A stretch of DNA of 63,153 nt from Bacillota bacterium (GTDB taxonomy: Bacteria > Bacillota > Clostridia > Saccharofermentanales > Fastidiosipilaceae), in NCBI GenBank assembly GCA_023442635.1, contig JAEZYR010000145.1, positions 1 through 63,153 on the forward strand, given 5' to 3'. The position numbers and the translations under genes are program-made. Shown here in pieces: positions 12,430-21,319 of this stretch. Below the pieces are notes generated by a model that worked only from the letters and a program-made list of their open reading frames with translations, did not search any database and had not been told where the DNA came from. Positions within the stretch are counted from its first letter, which is position 1, and every line of letters starts with the position of its first letter.

Positions 12430-14007
12430 TTATTTGATGAATCTCAGAGCAAAGGCGTTGGGATCAATTTGATAGCCGTCCAGCAATTCTTTGCTCTTTT
12501 TCTCGAAGGCTTCATTCTGGATATTTTCGGTAACCTGTACCGCCCAGTTGGGAAGGTCTCCTTTGCCCTCAAAGAAGATCACGTGAGCGCCATAGTTTGT
12601 CATGACAACCCCTACATCTCCTGGCTTGCGAGCCTCATCATAAATCCAGTCATTGAAAGCCTGAACCATCTGTCCCACGCGCACATCTTTGTATTCCGCT
12701 GCTTCGCGCGCTTCGCCAGATTGGCTAAGCTCTTCTGAAAAACGGATCATGTCATCTTCGGACTTAATTTTGGCAGCGAGGTCTTTGGCTTTTTGCTCAG
12801 CCGCTTTGCGTTGTTCTTCGCTAGCCTGGCCTTCTTGGGCTTCGAACAAAATATGTCGAACATTGACGGTCTGTCGCTCTTCGCGCTCACGCTTCAGGAA
12901 GACAACTACTGTAAAGTTACTGCCGCTCTCAAGCAAGGTTTTGTCGCCCTCTTTTCGGCTCTGATCCCCTAACCAATCCTGGATGTCGGTGCTACCAGCC
13001 GTGCCAAGGCGACGATTTTCGAACAAGGTTTTGTCTTCGGATTTGTAGCTCGCTTGCTCATCATTAGGCGCATAATCAGCCGCTAAGGTCTTGAGATCAT
13101 CTGCTTTTTTGATGCGCTCTAACAGTTCCTCCGCCTTTGCTTTGGTATCTGCCTTGAGCTTATCGATCGCTTCTTGCGTTGCATTATCCTCAGCCTTGGG
13201 CGTGCTCAAAGTAAATAGGCGATAGGAGAATAAGTCATACGTGTTCTGATGTTCTTTGTAGTAAGTCTCGCGCTCCTGTTCAGAAACTTCATGCTGCTTC
13301 GGTGTTTCTTGGCGATACATAGCTGCGAGCTGGTCTCGCTCAAAAATCTTACGCAAGCGATCCAGCGTCATGCCTCTGCCATAATTTTGTTCCAAATAGG
13401 TCACTAGGTCATTTTGGCGAGGGAAGCGCGTTTGCAATTGCTTGATTCGCTGATCAACAAGAGCAAGTTCCTTTTCCCCCAGTTTTAGACCCATGGCCTC
13501 CGCCGCATCCGTGTAAGCGTAGCTCTGTTTGAGGGCTTCCTGTGTCTGATAGTGTAGGTACTCGCCCCAGGTTGAGCCTTCTTTTGGCTCTTTCATGCCA
13601 CTCTTCGCATCAAGGTCAAGTTGCCCCTCAGCATTAGCTGGTGCCAGCCCTTGTTTGGCATAGTTATTGTAGAGATCGTGCAAATAACGGTACTCATACT
13701 GATACTCATGAAAGCCTATGCGCTTCTGGCTGTCACCGTGATGCAAAATAGCTGCTGTCAGATGGCTTTGGACGAAGCCATAAGAGAAAAGAGCCCAAGC
13801 CACAACAAAAATAATCAGCAACGCGGCTAGACTCGACCAGACGACCTTGCGCAGGCGAGGATGCTTTTTCTGATTGCTGGCGTGTCTGGCTCCATGGCGA
13901 TGCATGGCGGCTAGGCGTGCTTCACGCTCTTGGCGATTTTGCTCGACACGTGAGCGTGTCTCATTCAATTCATGTTTCTTTTTATTCAAGTGCATTCGTA
14001 AACCCAC
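12430..14007 (-). CDS. Membrane-anchored peptidyl-prolyl cis-trans isomerase (parvulin/PpiC, PrsA/SurA-like)
   Basis: 525 aa. A basic N-terminus is followed by the TM helix VVWSSLAALLIIFVVAWALFSYGF. The C-terminal parvulin domain reads VNVRHILFEA...VRVGQMVQAFNDWIYDEARKPGDVGVVMTNYGAHVIFFEG. GTG start with AAGGA 5 nt upstream. Confidence 0.85.
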   Translation of the reverse strand: MGLRMHLNKKKHELNETRSRVEQNRQEREARLAAMHRHGARHASNQKKHPRLRKVVWSSLAALLIIFVVAWALFSYGFVQSHLTAAILHHGDSQKRIGFHEYQYEYRYLHDLYNNYAKQGLAPANAEGQLDLDAKSGMKEPKEGSTWGEYLHYQTQEALKQSYAYTDAAEAMGLKLGEKELALVDQRIKQLQTRFPRQNDLVTYLEQNYGRGMTLDRLRKIFERDQLAAMYRQETPKQHEVSEQERETYYKEHQNTYDLFSYRLFTLSTPKAEDNATQEAIDKLKADTKAKAEELLERIKKADDLKTLAADYAPNDEQASYKSEDKTLFENRRLGTAGSTDIQDWLGDQSRKEGDKTLLESGSNFTVVVFLKREREERQTVNVRHILFEAQEGQASEEQRKAAEQKAKDLAAKIKSEDDMIRFSEELSQSGEAREAAEYKDVRVGQMVQAFNDWIYDEARKPGDVGVVMTNYGAHVIFFEGKGDLPNWAVQVTENIQNEAFEKKSKELLDGYQIDPNAFALRFIK

Positions 14008-14058
14008 TCAATCCTTAAAATCACAGAACATTTATTTTAGGCTCTTACTTCATAATCA

Positions 14059-15126
14059 TCAAGCAAGTTTATGCCCGTTTTCAAAGACTTGCAAAAGGCG
14101 CTCCAATTCATCGAGCGAATAGTATTCTATGATGATTTGTCCCGAGCGCTTATTATTTTTCAAATTAACCTTGGTTCCTAGAACCCGGTGCAAGCGCTCT
14201 TCAATAGCTTGAAATTCCAACTGGGTCTGAATAGAAGCTAATTCGTCTACTTTTCTTCTTTCTTTTGGCTGGCTAAGGAGGCGCTTGATCAATTTTTCTG
14301 TTTGGCGAACAGATAGCTGTTTGTTGACAATTTCGTCAGCCAAGATTTGCATTTGCTCTTCATTTTCCAAGGAAAGTAAGGCTCTAGCATGTCCCTGACT
14401 CAACGATCCAGCTTGCAAAGCGCCCTGTATTTTCTGAGGTAAACGCAATAAGCGAAGCAGGTTAGCCAAAGCTGGGCGACTCATGCCGACAGAAGACGAG
14501 AGTTCTTCTTGCGTCATCTGATGTTCGTTCTGTAAACGAGCCAAAGCTTCAGCTGTTTCGATGGGATTCAAGTCTTGACGCTGTATATTCTCAATCAAGG
14601 CCTGCTGCAAGACATCTTTTTCACTCAATCCCCGAATAATGACAGGAACCTCATGAATGCCCACCATTTGAGCCGCTCGCCAACGTCTTTCACCAGCTAC
14701 GATTTGGAAGTGGTCTTGAACCCTGGTCACAATCAAGGGTTGGATTATGCCGTGTTCTCGGATAGACGTAGCTAATTCTTCGAGTTTTTCTCGATCAAAG
14801 ACCTGTCGAGGCTGATCTTCCTTAGGCTCTACTTGATGAATGTTGATGACCTGAAAGGGCGACTCAACATCATGCTTCTCTGTTTTTTCTTTCGCTTCTT
14901 CTTTCGGCACTGTTGCCTCTTCTTTGGATTGAGGCTGAGACTTTGCCAAGTCCGTTTGCGCTGCCTTTTCAGCTTTGGTCGAAGCTTGTTTTTTCGATGT
15001 GCGAGCAGCTTGTTTCGTGCTTTTATTCGCTTCAGGTCGCTTATTTTGCTCTTTCTCGGCATTTTCCTCGGGTTTTCCGAGTAGGGCACTCAATCCTCGC
15101 CCAAGCCCCTTTGACTTTGCTGCCAT
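14059..15126 (-). CDS. parB: Chromosome partitioning protein ParB/Spo0J with an expanded K/E/A-rich linker
   Basis: N-terminal GLGRGLSALL motif, ParB box IIQPLIV...IVAGERRWRAAQ, and the HTH segment TQEELSSSVGMSRPALANLLRLLRLP. The ATG shares one base with the parA stop (TAATG). Confidence 0.93.
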   Translation of the reverse strand: MAAKSKGLGRGLSALLGKPEENAEKEQNKRPEANKSTKQAARTSKKQASTKAEKAAQTDLAKSQPQSKEEATVPKEEAKEKTEKHDVESPFQVINIHQVEPKEDQPRQVFDREKLEELATSIREHGIIQPLIVTRVQDHFQIVAGERRWRAAQMVGIHEVPVIIRGLSEKDVLQQALIENIQRQDLNPIETAEALARLQNEHQMTQEELSSSVGMSRPALANLLRLLRLPQKIQGALQAGSLSQGHARALLSLENEEQMQILADEIVNKQLSVRQTEKLIKRLLSQPKERRKVDELASIQTQLEFQAIEERLHRVLGTKVNLKNNKRSGQIIIEYYSLDELERLLQVFENGHKLA

Positions 15127-15902
15127 TAGCTATTCTCCTTTTTAGCGCGGCGAATCATCTCTTTTGCCAATTGTTGATAGGCCTCAGCACCCTTGGATCG
15201 ACGATCATATTCCAAAATAGCCTGGCCATGACTTGGAGCCTCACTCAGACGCACATTTCGAGGAATAATTGTCTTGAAAACTTGATCCCCGAAAAACTTT
15301 CTTACTTCGGCTTCTACTTGGACAGCCAATTGTGTTCTTGTATCTGACATGGTCATTAAAATGCCAAAAATACCCAAATCTGGATTCAAAGAGGCTTTAA
15401 CACGCTCGTATGTCTCCATCAGCTGGCTTACACCTTCAAGAGCGTAATATTCAGCCTGAATAGGTATCAGGATACTATCGGCAGCACTTAGGGCATTAAG
15501 GGTCAGAAGGCCGAGAGAAGGTGGACAGTCAATAATGATGAAGTCCACTCGTTCTTGACTTGATTCCAGAGCCTTTTTCAAACGAAAAGTACGGTCATCA
15601 AGCTGCGCCAGTTCGACCTCTGCACCAGCTAAATCAATATGAGCAGGGCAGATCTTCAAATTTTTTCTCCCTGTTTCCCTTAGACAATCATCAAAAGAAG
15701 CATCATTGATTAGCAGGTCATAGCTATTAGCTTCTTCATCGCCTGCTGTAACACCCAATCCACTGCTAGCGTTACCCTGAGGATCCAGATCAATCAATAT
15801 TGTTCTCTTTCCTCGCTTGGCTAAGTAACTTGCTGTGTTAATGGCTGTTGTTGTCTTACCGACACCGCCTTTTTGATTAACAATTGCTATTTTTTCTGCC
15901 AT
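15126..15902 (-). CDS. parA: Chromosome partitioning ATPase ParA/Soj
   Basis: Deviant Walker A motif NQKGGVGKTTTAIN and the typical ParA length of 258 aa. An RBS GGAGGCAAAAAT precedes the ATG. Confidence 0.95.
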   Translation of the reverse strand: MAEKIAIVNQKGGVGKTTTAINTASYLAKRGKRTILIDLDPQGNASSGLGVTAGDEEANSYDLLINDASFDDCLRETGRKNLKICPAHIDLAGAEVELAQLDDRTFRLKKALESSQERVDFIIIDCPPSLGLLTLNALSAADSILIPIQAEYYALEGVSQLMETYERVKASLNPDLGIFGILMTMSDTRTQLAVQVEAEVRKFFGDQVFKTIIPRNVRLSEAPSHGQAILEYDRRSKGAEAYQQLAKEMIRRAKKENS

Positions 15903-16013
15903 TTTTGCCTCCGAAAGTGTTCTTCAGTCTACCACAGCTATTTCTAGCCAAACTGAAGTTTTCCTCAGAAAACGACTTTTTCAATCTAAAAAGTGCCTAG
16001 CTTTTTTTCGAGC

Positions 16014-16029
16014 TGTTTCACGTGAAACA
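16014..16029. promoter_or_regulatory. parS centromere site 1 (TGTTTCACGTGAAACA)
   Basis: A perfect 16-bp palindrome that matches the Firmicute/actinobacterial parS consensus TGTTNCACGTGAAACA. It lies in the gyrB-parA spacer. Confidence 0.85.
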
Positions 16030-16081
16030 AATACATTTTTACCTTTGAACTACAAAGCTACACGTCAAGGTTATGCTGCTA

Positions 16082-16097
16082 TGTTTCACGTGGAACA
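16082..16097. promoter_or_regulatory. parS centromere site 2 (TGTTTCACGTGGAACA)
   Basis: An exact reverse-complement match to TGTTCCACGTGAAACA. Confidence 0.85.
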
Positions 16098-16118
16098 TGA
16101 CCTTACTGGTCGAGTCTT

Positions 16119-16134
16119 AGTTTCACGTGAAACA
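16119..16134. promoter_or_regulatory. parS centromere site 3 (AGTTTCACGTGAAACA)
   Basis: One mismatch to consensus, at position 1. It abuts the T-tail of the gyrB terminator. Confidence 0.7.
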
Positions 16135-16164
16135 AAAGAGGGGGCTATCTGAAGTAACCCCCTT
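16134..16164 (-). terminator. Rho-independent terminator after gyrB
   Basis: The minus strand reads AAGGGGGTTACTTCAGATAGCCCCCTCTTTTGTTT, a G/C stem followed by a T-rich tail, about 30 nt after the gyrB stop. Confidence 0.65.
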
Positions 16165-16190
16165 TCTCATATCAATTCTCACCAGACTTA

Positions 16191-18236
16191 TCAGACATCC
16201 AACTTTGCGTAATGTGCGTTTTCTTGGATGAAATCGCGTCTTGGTTCAACTTTTTCGCCCATAAGGAGTGAGAAAGTCTCATCAGCATCTTGAGCTTCCT
16301 TGACCGTAACTTGCAATAAGCGGCGTGTTTTGGGATTCATGGTTGTATCCCAAAGCTGGTCAGCCGACATTTCACCCAAACCCTTGTAGCGCTGAATACG
16401 AGGATTTTCCCAATTTTTCTCTGCTTTAAGCTGATTGAGTCCCTCATCTGAATAAGCGTAAAGCTCTTCATTGCCTTGACTGAGTTTGTATAGGGGTGGG
16501 CACGCTATGTAGACATGTCCTTGCTCCACAAGTTCTTTCATATGACGGTAGAAGAAGGTGAGCAGGAGCGTTCGGATATGAGCTCCGTCCACATCAGCGT
16601 CTGCCATGATAATGACTTTGCCATAGCGAAGTTTCTTGATATCAAAATCGCTACCCACACCTGTTCCCAATGCCATCATGACGGGCTGTAATTTCTCGTT
16701 AGCATAGATCTTGTCAATGCGGGCGCGCTCTACATTCAGCATCTTGCCCCAGAGCGGAAGAATTGCCTGGTATTTTCGCTCACGTCCTTGTTTAGCTGAA
16801 CCACCTGCGCTATCGCCTTCTACAATGAAAATTTCAGTTAATTCAGCATCCTGAGACTGGCAATCACTGAGTTTGCCAGGCAGTGAAACGCTATCAAAAG
16901 AAGTTTTTCTTCTAGTAAGGTCACGCGCTTTACGTGCTGCTTCGCGCGCTCTAGAGGAAGCAAGGCACTTGTCGACGATTATTCTTGCCTCTGCTGGGTG
17001 CTCCTGCATATATGTGCTCAGCTTGTCATTGACGACTGACTCAACCAGTGTTCGAATTTCACTGTTACCCAGTTTGCTTTTGGTCTGACCTTCAAATTGA
17101 GGCTCTGGCAATTTAACGGATATGATTGCACAGATACCTTCTCGAACGTCTTCACCCGAAAAGTTGCTATCGCTTTTGCCTAAGAGATTCCACTGACGCG
17201 CATAATCATTGATGACTTTCGTAAGAGCTGAGCGGAAGCCCGTCATATGCGTGCCGCCTTCGACTGTCGCAATGTTATTCGCGTAAGTGTAAACGCTTTC
17301 GTTGTAGCTGTTGCTGTACTGCAACGCCACCTCAACGAAAGAATCTTTCAGTTGGCCGCTGATATAAATAGGTGTTTCGTGCAAAGCTGTCCGATTGCGA
17401 TTCAGATACTCAATGAAAGAAACAATACCGCCTTCGTAGTGAAGAAGTTTGCGAATAGGCTCTTCTTCTGGACGATCGTCAATCAATTCAATGCTCACTT
17501 CGCGATTCAAAAAGGCCATCTCGCGATAGCGACTCAACATCGTATCAAAATTAAATTCAACGATAGGAAAAATTTGCTGGTCTGGTTTAAAGCGCGTTTT
17601 GGTTCCTGTTTGATCTTTCTCACATTCCCCAATAACGCGAAGAGGAGATGTGGTTTCTCCTCGCTCAAAGGATATGTGATAGCGCTTGCCTTCACGACAG
17701 ACCTCAACTTCCATCCATTCAGACAGCGCATTGACAACAGATGCACCAACACCATGAAGTCCACCTGAAACGCTATACGCGCCACCACCAAACTTACCAC
17801 CAGCATGGAGTACGGTATGAACCAACTCTACGGTCGGAATACCAGCTTGGGGATGGATGCCTACTGGAATACCCGATCCATCGTCTTCGACCGTAACCGA
17901 GCCATCTCGATGCAAGGTAACCTTAATATCGTCACAGCGGCCAGCCAAGGCTTCGTCAACGCTATTTGCCACAATTTCATAAATAAGATGGTGGAGACCT
18001 CGCTCAGTCGTATCACCAATATACATGCCTGGGCGTTTGCGTACAGCCTCCAAGCCTTCTAAAACTTGAATATCATCTTCGCCATAATGTTTTTGATTTT
18101 TGGTGTCGAATGAATCAAGCGGACGGTCAATATCTTCTCTCTCTTGATAATTATCGTCAGCTAGTGCCTGTTCATTTTTTGACTCGTCAATCATTTCGTC
18201 GCCAAAATCCAAATTGTCGTTATGATCGTTTAGCAT
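16191..18236 (-). CDS. gyrB: DNA gyrase subunit B
   Basis: Conserved segments LEGLEAVRKRPGMYIG, GLHGVGASVVNALS, the Toprim motif EGDSAGGSAKQGR, PLWGKMLNVE and IMADADVDGAHI. The 681-aa product includes an acidic N-terminal extension of about 50 aa. Confidence 0.97.
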   Translation of the reverse strand: MLNDHNDNLDFGDEMIDESKNEQALADDNYQEREDIDRPLDSFDTKNQKHYGEDDIQVLEGLEAVRKRPGMYIGDTTERGLHHLIYEIVANSVDEALAGRCDDIKVTLHRDGSVTVEDDGSGIPVGIHPQAGIPTVELVHTVLHAGGKFGGGAYSVSGGLHGVGASVVNALSEWMEVEVCREGKRYHISFERGETTSPLRVIGECEKDQTGTKTRFKPDQQIFPIVEFNFDTMLSRYREMAFLNREVSIELIDDRPEEEPIRKLLHYEGGIVSFIEYLNRNRTALHETPIYISGQLKDSFVEVALQYSNSYNESVYTYANNIATVEGGTHMTGFRSALTKVINDYARQWNLLGKSDSNFSGEDVREGICAIISVKLPEPQFEGQTKSKLGNSEIRTLVESVVNDKLSTYMQEHPAEARIIVDKCLASSRAREAARKARDLTRRKTSFDSVSLPGKLSDCQSQDAELTEIFIVEGDSAGGSAKQGRERKYQAILPLWGKMLNVERARIDKIYANEKLQPVMMALGTGVGSDFDIKKLRYGKVIIMADADVDGAHIRTLLLTFFYRHMKELVEQGHVYIACPPLYKLSQGNEELYAYSDEGLNQLKAEKNWENPRIQRYKGLGEMSADQLWDTTMNPKTRRLLQVTVKEAQDADETFSLLMGEKVEPRRDFIQENAHYAKLDV

Positions 18237-18287
18237 GATTAGTTCCTTAAATCTTACTTCGCGTGCTTAAGCATCTTTTCTCATATT

Positions 18288-18587
18288 TTAACCGTCATAT
18301 TTACGTTTTCGCCGCCAGAAAGGTTTTTTATCATAGCAACTGGCTGCCCTAAGGCGTTCTCGTAGCGTTAGTGCTGAGACTGGACTAAGATAAACACGCC
18401 CTTCAGTTATGACGATTGATCGGGGCAGTTCTTCTGACAGAGGCTCTAAACGAAGTTCTATTTCTTGCTGCGCTAGCCACTGTCTCATCGTTTTAGATTC
18501 CGAACCTGAAGTCACTTGATCTAGATCGAGAACGGCCAATATCGATCGGCTGGACAGATTGAGCGCTGCACCGATATGAACATACAT
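18288..18587 (-). CDS. DUF370 domain protein (RemB/YaaB-like)
   Basis: 99 aa. MYVHIGAALNLSSRSILAVLDLD...PRSIVITEGRVYLSPVSALTLRER follows the pattern of B. subtilis YaaB/RemB. Its position between recF and gyrB is the conserved one. Confidence 0.75.
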   Translation of the reverse strand: MYVHIGAALNLSSRSILAVLDLDQVTSGSESKTMRQWLAQQEIELRLEPLSEELPRSIVITEGRVYLSPVSALTLRERLRAASCYDKKPFWRRKRKYDG

Positions 18588-18680
18588 TATAGCTGAGCTT
18601 CCTTTTCTAGTTTTATGCCATTTAACGCAATAAATACCCTAACAAATTAAAATTATTTCTATAAATCCATTCCTATATTC

Positions 18681-19904
18681 TTATTTTTCTTGAAGTCTCA
18701 TGATTTTGCCATCATCCACATGGAAAAAAGCAATACTCTGATTCTGACCCAAGGTCTCTAATTCTTTTTTGACCTGTTTTGTATCTGTACAACTCAAAAA
18801 TACTTGGCAATGCTCCATAGCAGCCACAAGGCAGCGCCTTCTTTGTTCATCGAGTTCGCTCATGACATCGTCCAGAAGAAGCACGGGCGTTTGACCTGTT
18901 TGCTTACGCAAAATAGCCAATTCAGCCATTTTCATCGCGAGAACCGCCGTTCTTTGCTGACCCTGGGATCCATATGTTTTGAGTAACTGCCCATTTAGCC
19001 GCAGCTCTAAGTCATCACGGTGAGGCCCTATACCGCTGCTGCCTCGCAAAATGTCATCTTCTCTCTGCTGTTTGAGCCTTATTTTTATTTTCTCTAAGCG
19101 CTCTTTGGCCGAATCTTCTGCTTTTAACCCAGGCAAACTTCGATAAGACATCTGGAGATCTTCTTTTTCTCTCGATATTCGCTGTTGAAATTGCCTGGCT
19201 TCTTCTTGGATATCGGCTACATAACAAAAACGTTCACCTATGATTTGCGCCATTTCTTCAGCGTATTGCGTATCCCATATGTCGAGTTGGGCGTGCTCTA
19301 GAGCCATATCCAGTCTCTCTTTTTGGCGCTCACGCATTTGTTTCAATAATTTATTACGCTGCAGCAAAAGGTGATTAAAACGTTGCAGACTCACAAAATA
19401 GCGATTTTTGATCTGAGACAAAAGCAAGTCCAAAAAGCGGCGACGTGTCTGAGGTCCTTCTTTTACCATCAAAAGATCTTCTGGTGCAAAAATAACGGCA
19501 TTAAATAAACTGTAAAGATTGGATATCTTGTCTTGTTGCACGTGATTGTAAAAAAATCGTCTTTGCGCAGCTTTATTGCCTTTTGCCGCTTCATAACAAA
19601 GTTTTATTTTATTTTCTTCCCAGCATGGATCATCCCAGCTAAAGGAGTCTAATTGCTCATCAAAACCCAGCCTTTTACTGAGATAATCCAATTCGACCTC
19701 ATAGGCATCATGCCCTTTTTGGATGAGCTCTATATCCTTTGCTGTACGGTGAGAACGCGCACAGCTACAAAGGTAGATGGCCTCAAGTAAATTCGTCTTT
19801 CCTTGAGCATTTTCGCCACTAAACACATTGACGCCAGGGCTTAATGCAAGCTCTAGCGTCTCGTAATTTCGGTAATGCCTAAGTTTTAAGCTTTTTGCAA
19901 TCAT
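18681..19904 (-). CDS. recF: DNA replication and repair protein RecF
   Basis: Walker A GENAQGKTNLLEAI, signature SQGQQRT and Walker B LLLDDVMSELD. It follows dnaN after a 9-nt gap. Confidence 0.93.
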   Translation of the reverse strand: MIAKSLKLRHYRNYETLELALSPGVNVFSGENAQGKTNLLEAIYLCSCARSHRTAKDIELIQKGHDAYEVELDYLSKRLGFDEQLDSFSWDDPCWEENKIKLCYEAAKGNKAAQRRFFYNHVQQDKISNLYSLFNAVIFAPEDLLMVKEGPQTRRRFLDLLLSQIKNRYFVSLQRFNHLLLQRNKLLKQMRERQKERLDMALEHAQLDIWDTQYAEEMAQIIGERFCYVADIQEEARQFQQRISREKEDLQMSYRSLPGLKAEDSAKERLEKIKIRLKQQREDDILRGSSGIGPHRDDLELRLNGQLLKTYGSQGQQRTAVLAMKMAELAILRKQTGQTPVLLLDDVMSELDEQRRRCLVAAMEHCQVFLSCTDTKQVKKELETLGQNQSIAFFHVDDGKIMRLQEK

Positions 19905-19913
19905 GCCTTTTCC

Positions 19914-21047
19914 TTATTGTCGTAGAGGCACAAGGATATAAGCAAAGCTATCGCCCTCCATCGGCTTAAGGTGGCAAGGACCAATTTCACCCATAAAGCT
20001 AATCTTCATTTCACTATCTTCGACAACTCTCAATGCATCAGCTAAGAAGCGAGGATTAAAGTTGCAAATGGTTGCTTCACCTTCAACTTCTACAGGAATT
20101 TCTTCGTGCAGCGTACCTCGGCTGCTTTGCATATCGATGAGCAACTTGCCCTCTTGCTTAATTTCGAGGCGAACAGGTGAATTATTTTGATCGCCTGCCG
20201 TCAACAGCAAAGCGCGGTCGACCGCTTCAACCAAATTTTCTGTCTCTAGGCTGATCTGGGTCTCATAGCTTTTGGGAATGATGACCGTATAATCGATGAA
20301 TTCATCCGTCGTCAGCTGGGTAACCAAAACAGCCTGGCCACAATCAAAAAGAATATGCCTTTCGTGTGGGTAGATCGACACCCACTCTGAAGCGCCCAAA
20401 ATTTGCTGTAATTCCCTAAGTGCTTTGCCTGGAATAACCAGACGGCGCTCAGGATAGCCTTCGGTCAAGCCATCTTTTTCGGCATCTTTTTCGCTGCGAT
20501 GGTGGCGAGCCAAGGCAAGGCGGAAACCGTCAATAGCGACCATCGTGACTTCTTGGTCTTTGGCGGCCAGCAAACAACCATTCATGTTGGGTCTTGTCTC
20601 ATCTTGAGAACAGGCAAAAACCGTCTTTTGGATCATGTTTTGCAAAAGACGCTGAGGTAACACAAGAGCCTCGCTGCGCTGAACTTTGGGCATATCAGGA
20701 TAGCCATCGGCTTCCTGATAAGCGATACGGAAGCAGGATTGGTTGGTTTTGACAACAAGTAAGTGCTGACTTTCTTCGGTTTCGACTTGCACTTGGTGGC
20801 CAGAGAGTTTGCGCACAATATCGGTGAGCATTCTCGCATCGACAACCACACGGCCATCTTCGATGCTGTTGCAAGGGATATTGGCCTCGATACCTATGGA
20901 TTTATCGTAGCCAACGAGACGAAGTTGACCAGCCTGAGCTTCCATCAGTATGCCTTTGAGTAATTCATTGGTTGAGCGAACAGCAACAGCTCGTTGGGCA
21001 TTCATCACAGCATTGCTGAGCGCTTCGAGTTCAGTCATGAAACGCAT
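19914..21047 (-). CDS. dnaN: DNA polymerase III subunit beta (sliding clamp)
   Basis: 377 aa, positioned directly after dnaA. The N-terminus MRFMTELEALSNAVMNAQRAVAVRSTNELLKGILMEA follows the canonical clamp pattern. Confidence 0.92.
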   Translation of the reverse strand: MRFMTELEALSNAVMNAQRAVAVRSTNELLKGILMEAQAGQLRLVGYDKSIGIEANIPCNSIEDGRVVVDARMLTDIVRKLSGHQVQVETEESQHLLVVKTNQSCFRIAYQEADGYPDMPKVQRSEALVLPQRLLQNMIQKTVFACSQDETRPNMNGCLLAAKDQEVTMVAIDGFRLALARHHRSEKDAEKDGLTEGYPERRLVIPGKALRELQQILGASEWVSIYPHERHILFDCGQAVLVTQLTTDEFIDYTVIIPKSYETQISLETENLVEAVDRALLLTAGDQNNSPVRLEIKQEGKLLIDMQSSRGTLHEEIPVEVEGEATICNFNPRFLADALRVVEDSEMKISFMGEIGPCHLKPMEGDSFAYILVPLRQ

Positions 21048-21319
21048 ATAAAACCTCCTGGTGTTCTGGGGAGTCGCTGCCAGCGTCCCACCTCTATTGA
21101 TTTGATTTATAGTCGTCTTAGTCGTATGGGCTGTTAATTTGTGGAAAAGTCGCCATAAGCCCTACGGCAAGGACTTTCTTCTTCAGAAAAGTATGAGAAA
21201 AGAACCTTGAAGAACATTATAAAAGATGTTAACTGCCTATGGGAAAGCTTTTTTTGGCCTTTTTTGGGCTCTTTTCCACATTTATTTTTCCACAATTACA
21301 CATCTAATATGTGGAAAAC
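21048..21319. promoter_or_regulatory. Putative oriC module: a DnaA-box cluster in the dnaA-dnaN spacer
   Basis: Four identical 9-mers, each one mismatch from TTATCCACA. TGTGGAAAA occurs at 21140-21148 and 21310-21318. TTTTCCACA occurs at 21272-21280 and 21286-21294. An A/T-rich stretch at ~21175-21240 separates them. Confidence 0.7.

Noticed and set aside
17288-17301. A cre/LacI-operator-like sequence TGTAAACGCTTTCG.
   Set aside because: It lies deep inside the gyrB coding sequence, its palindrome is imperfect, and it has no promoter context. It is most likely a chance match.
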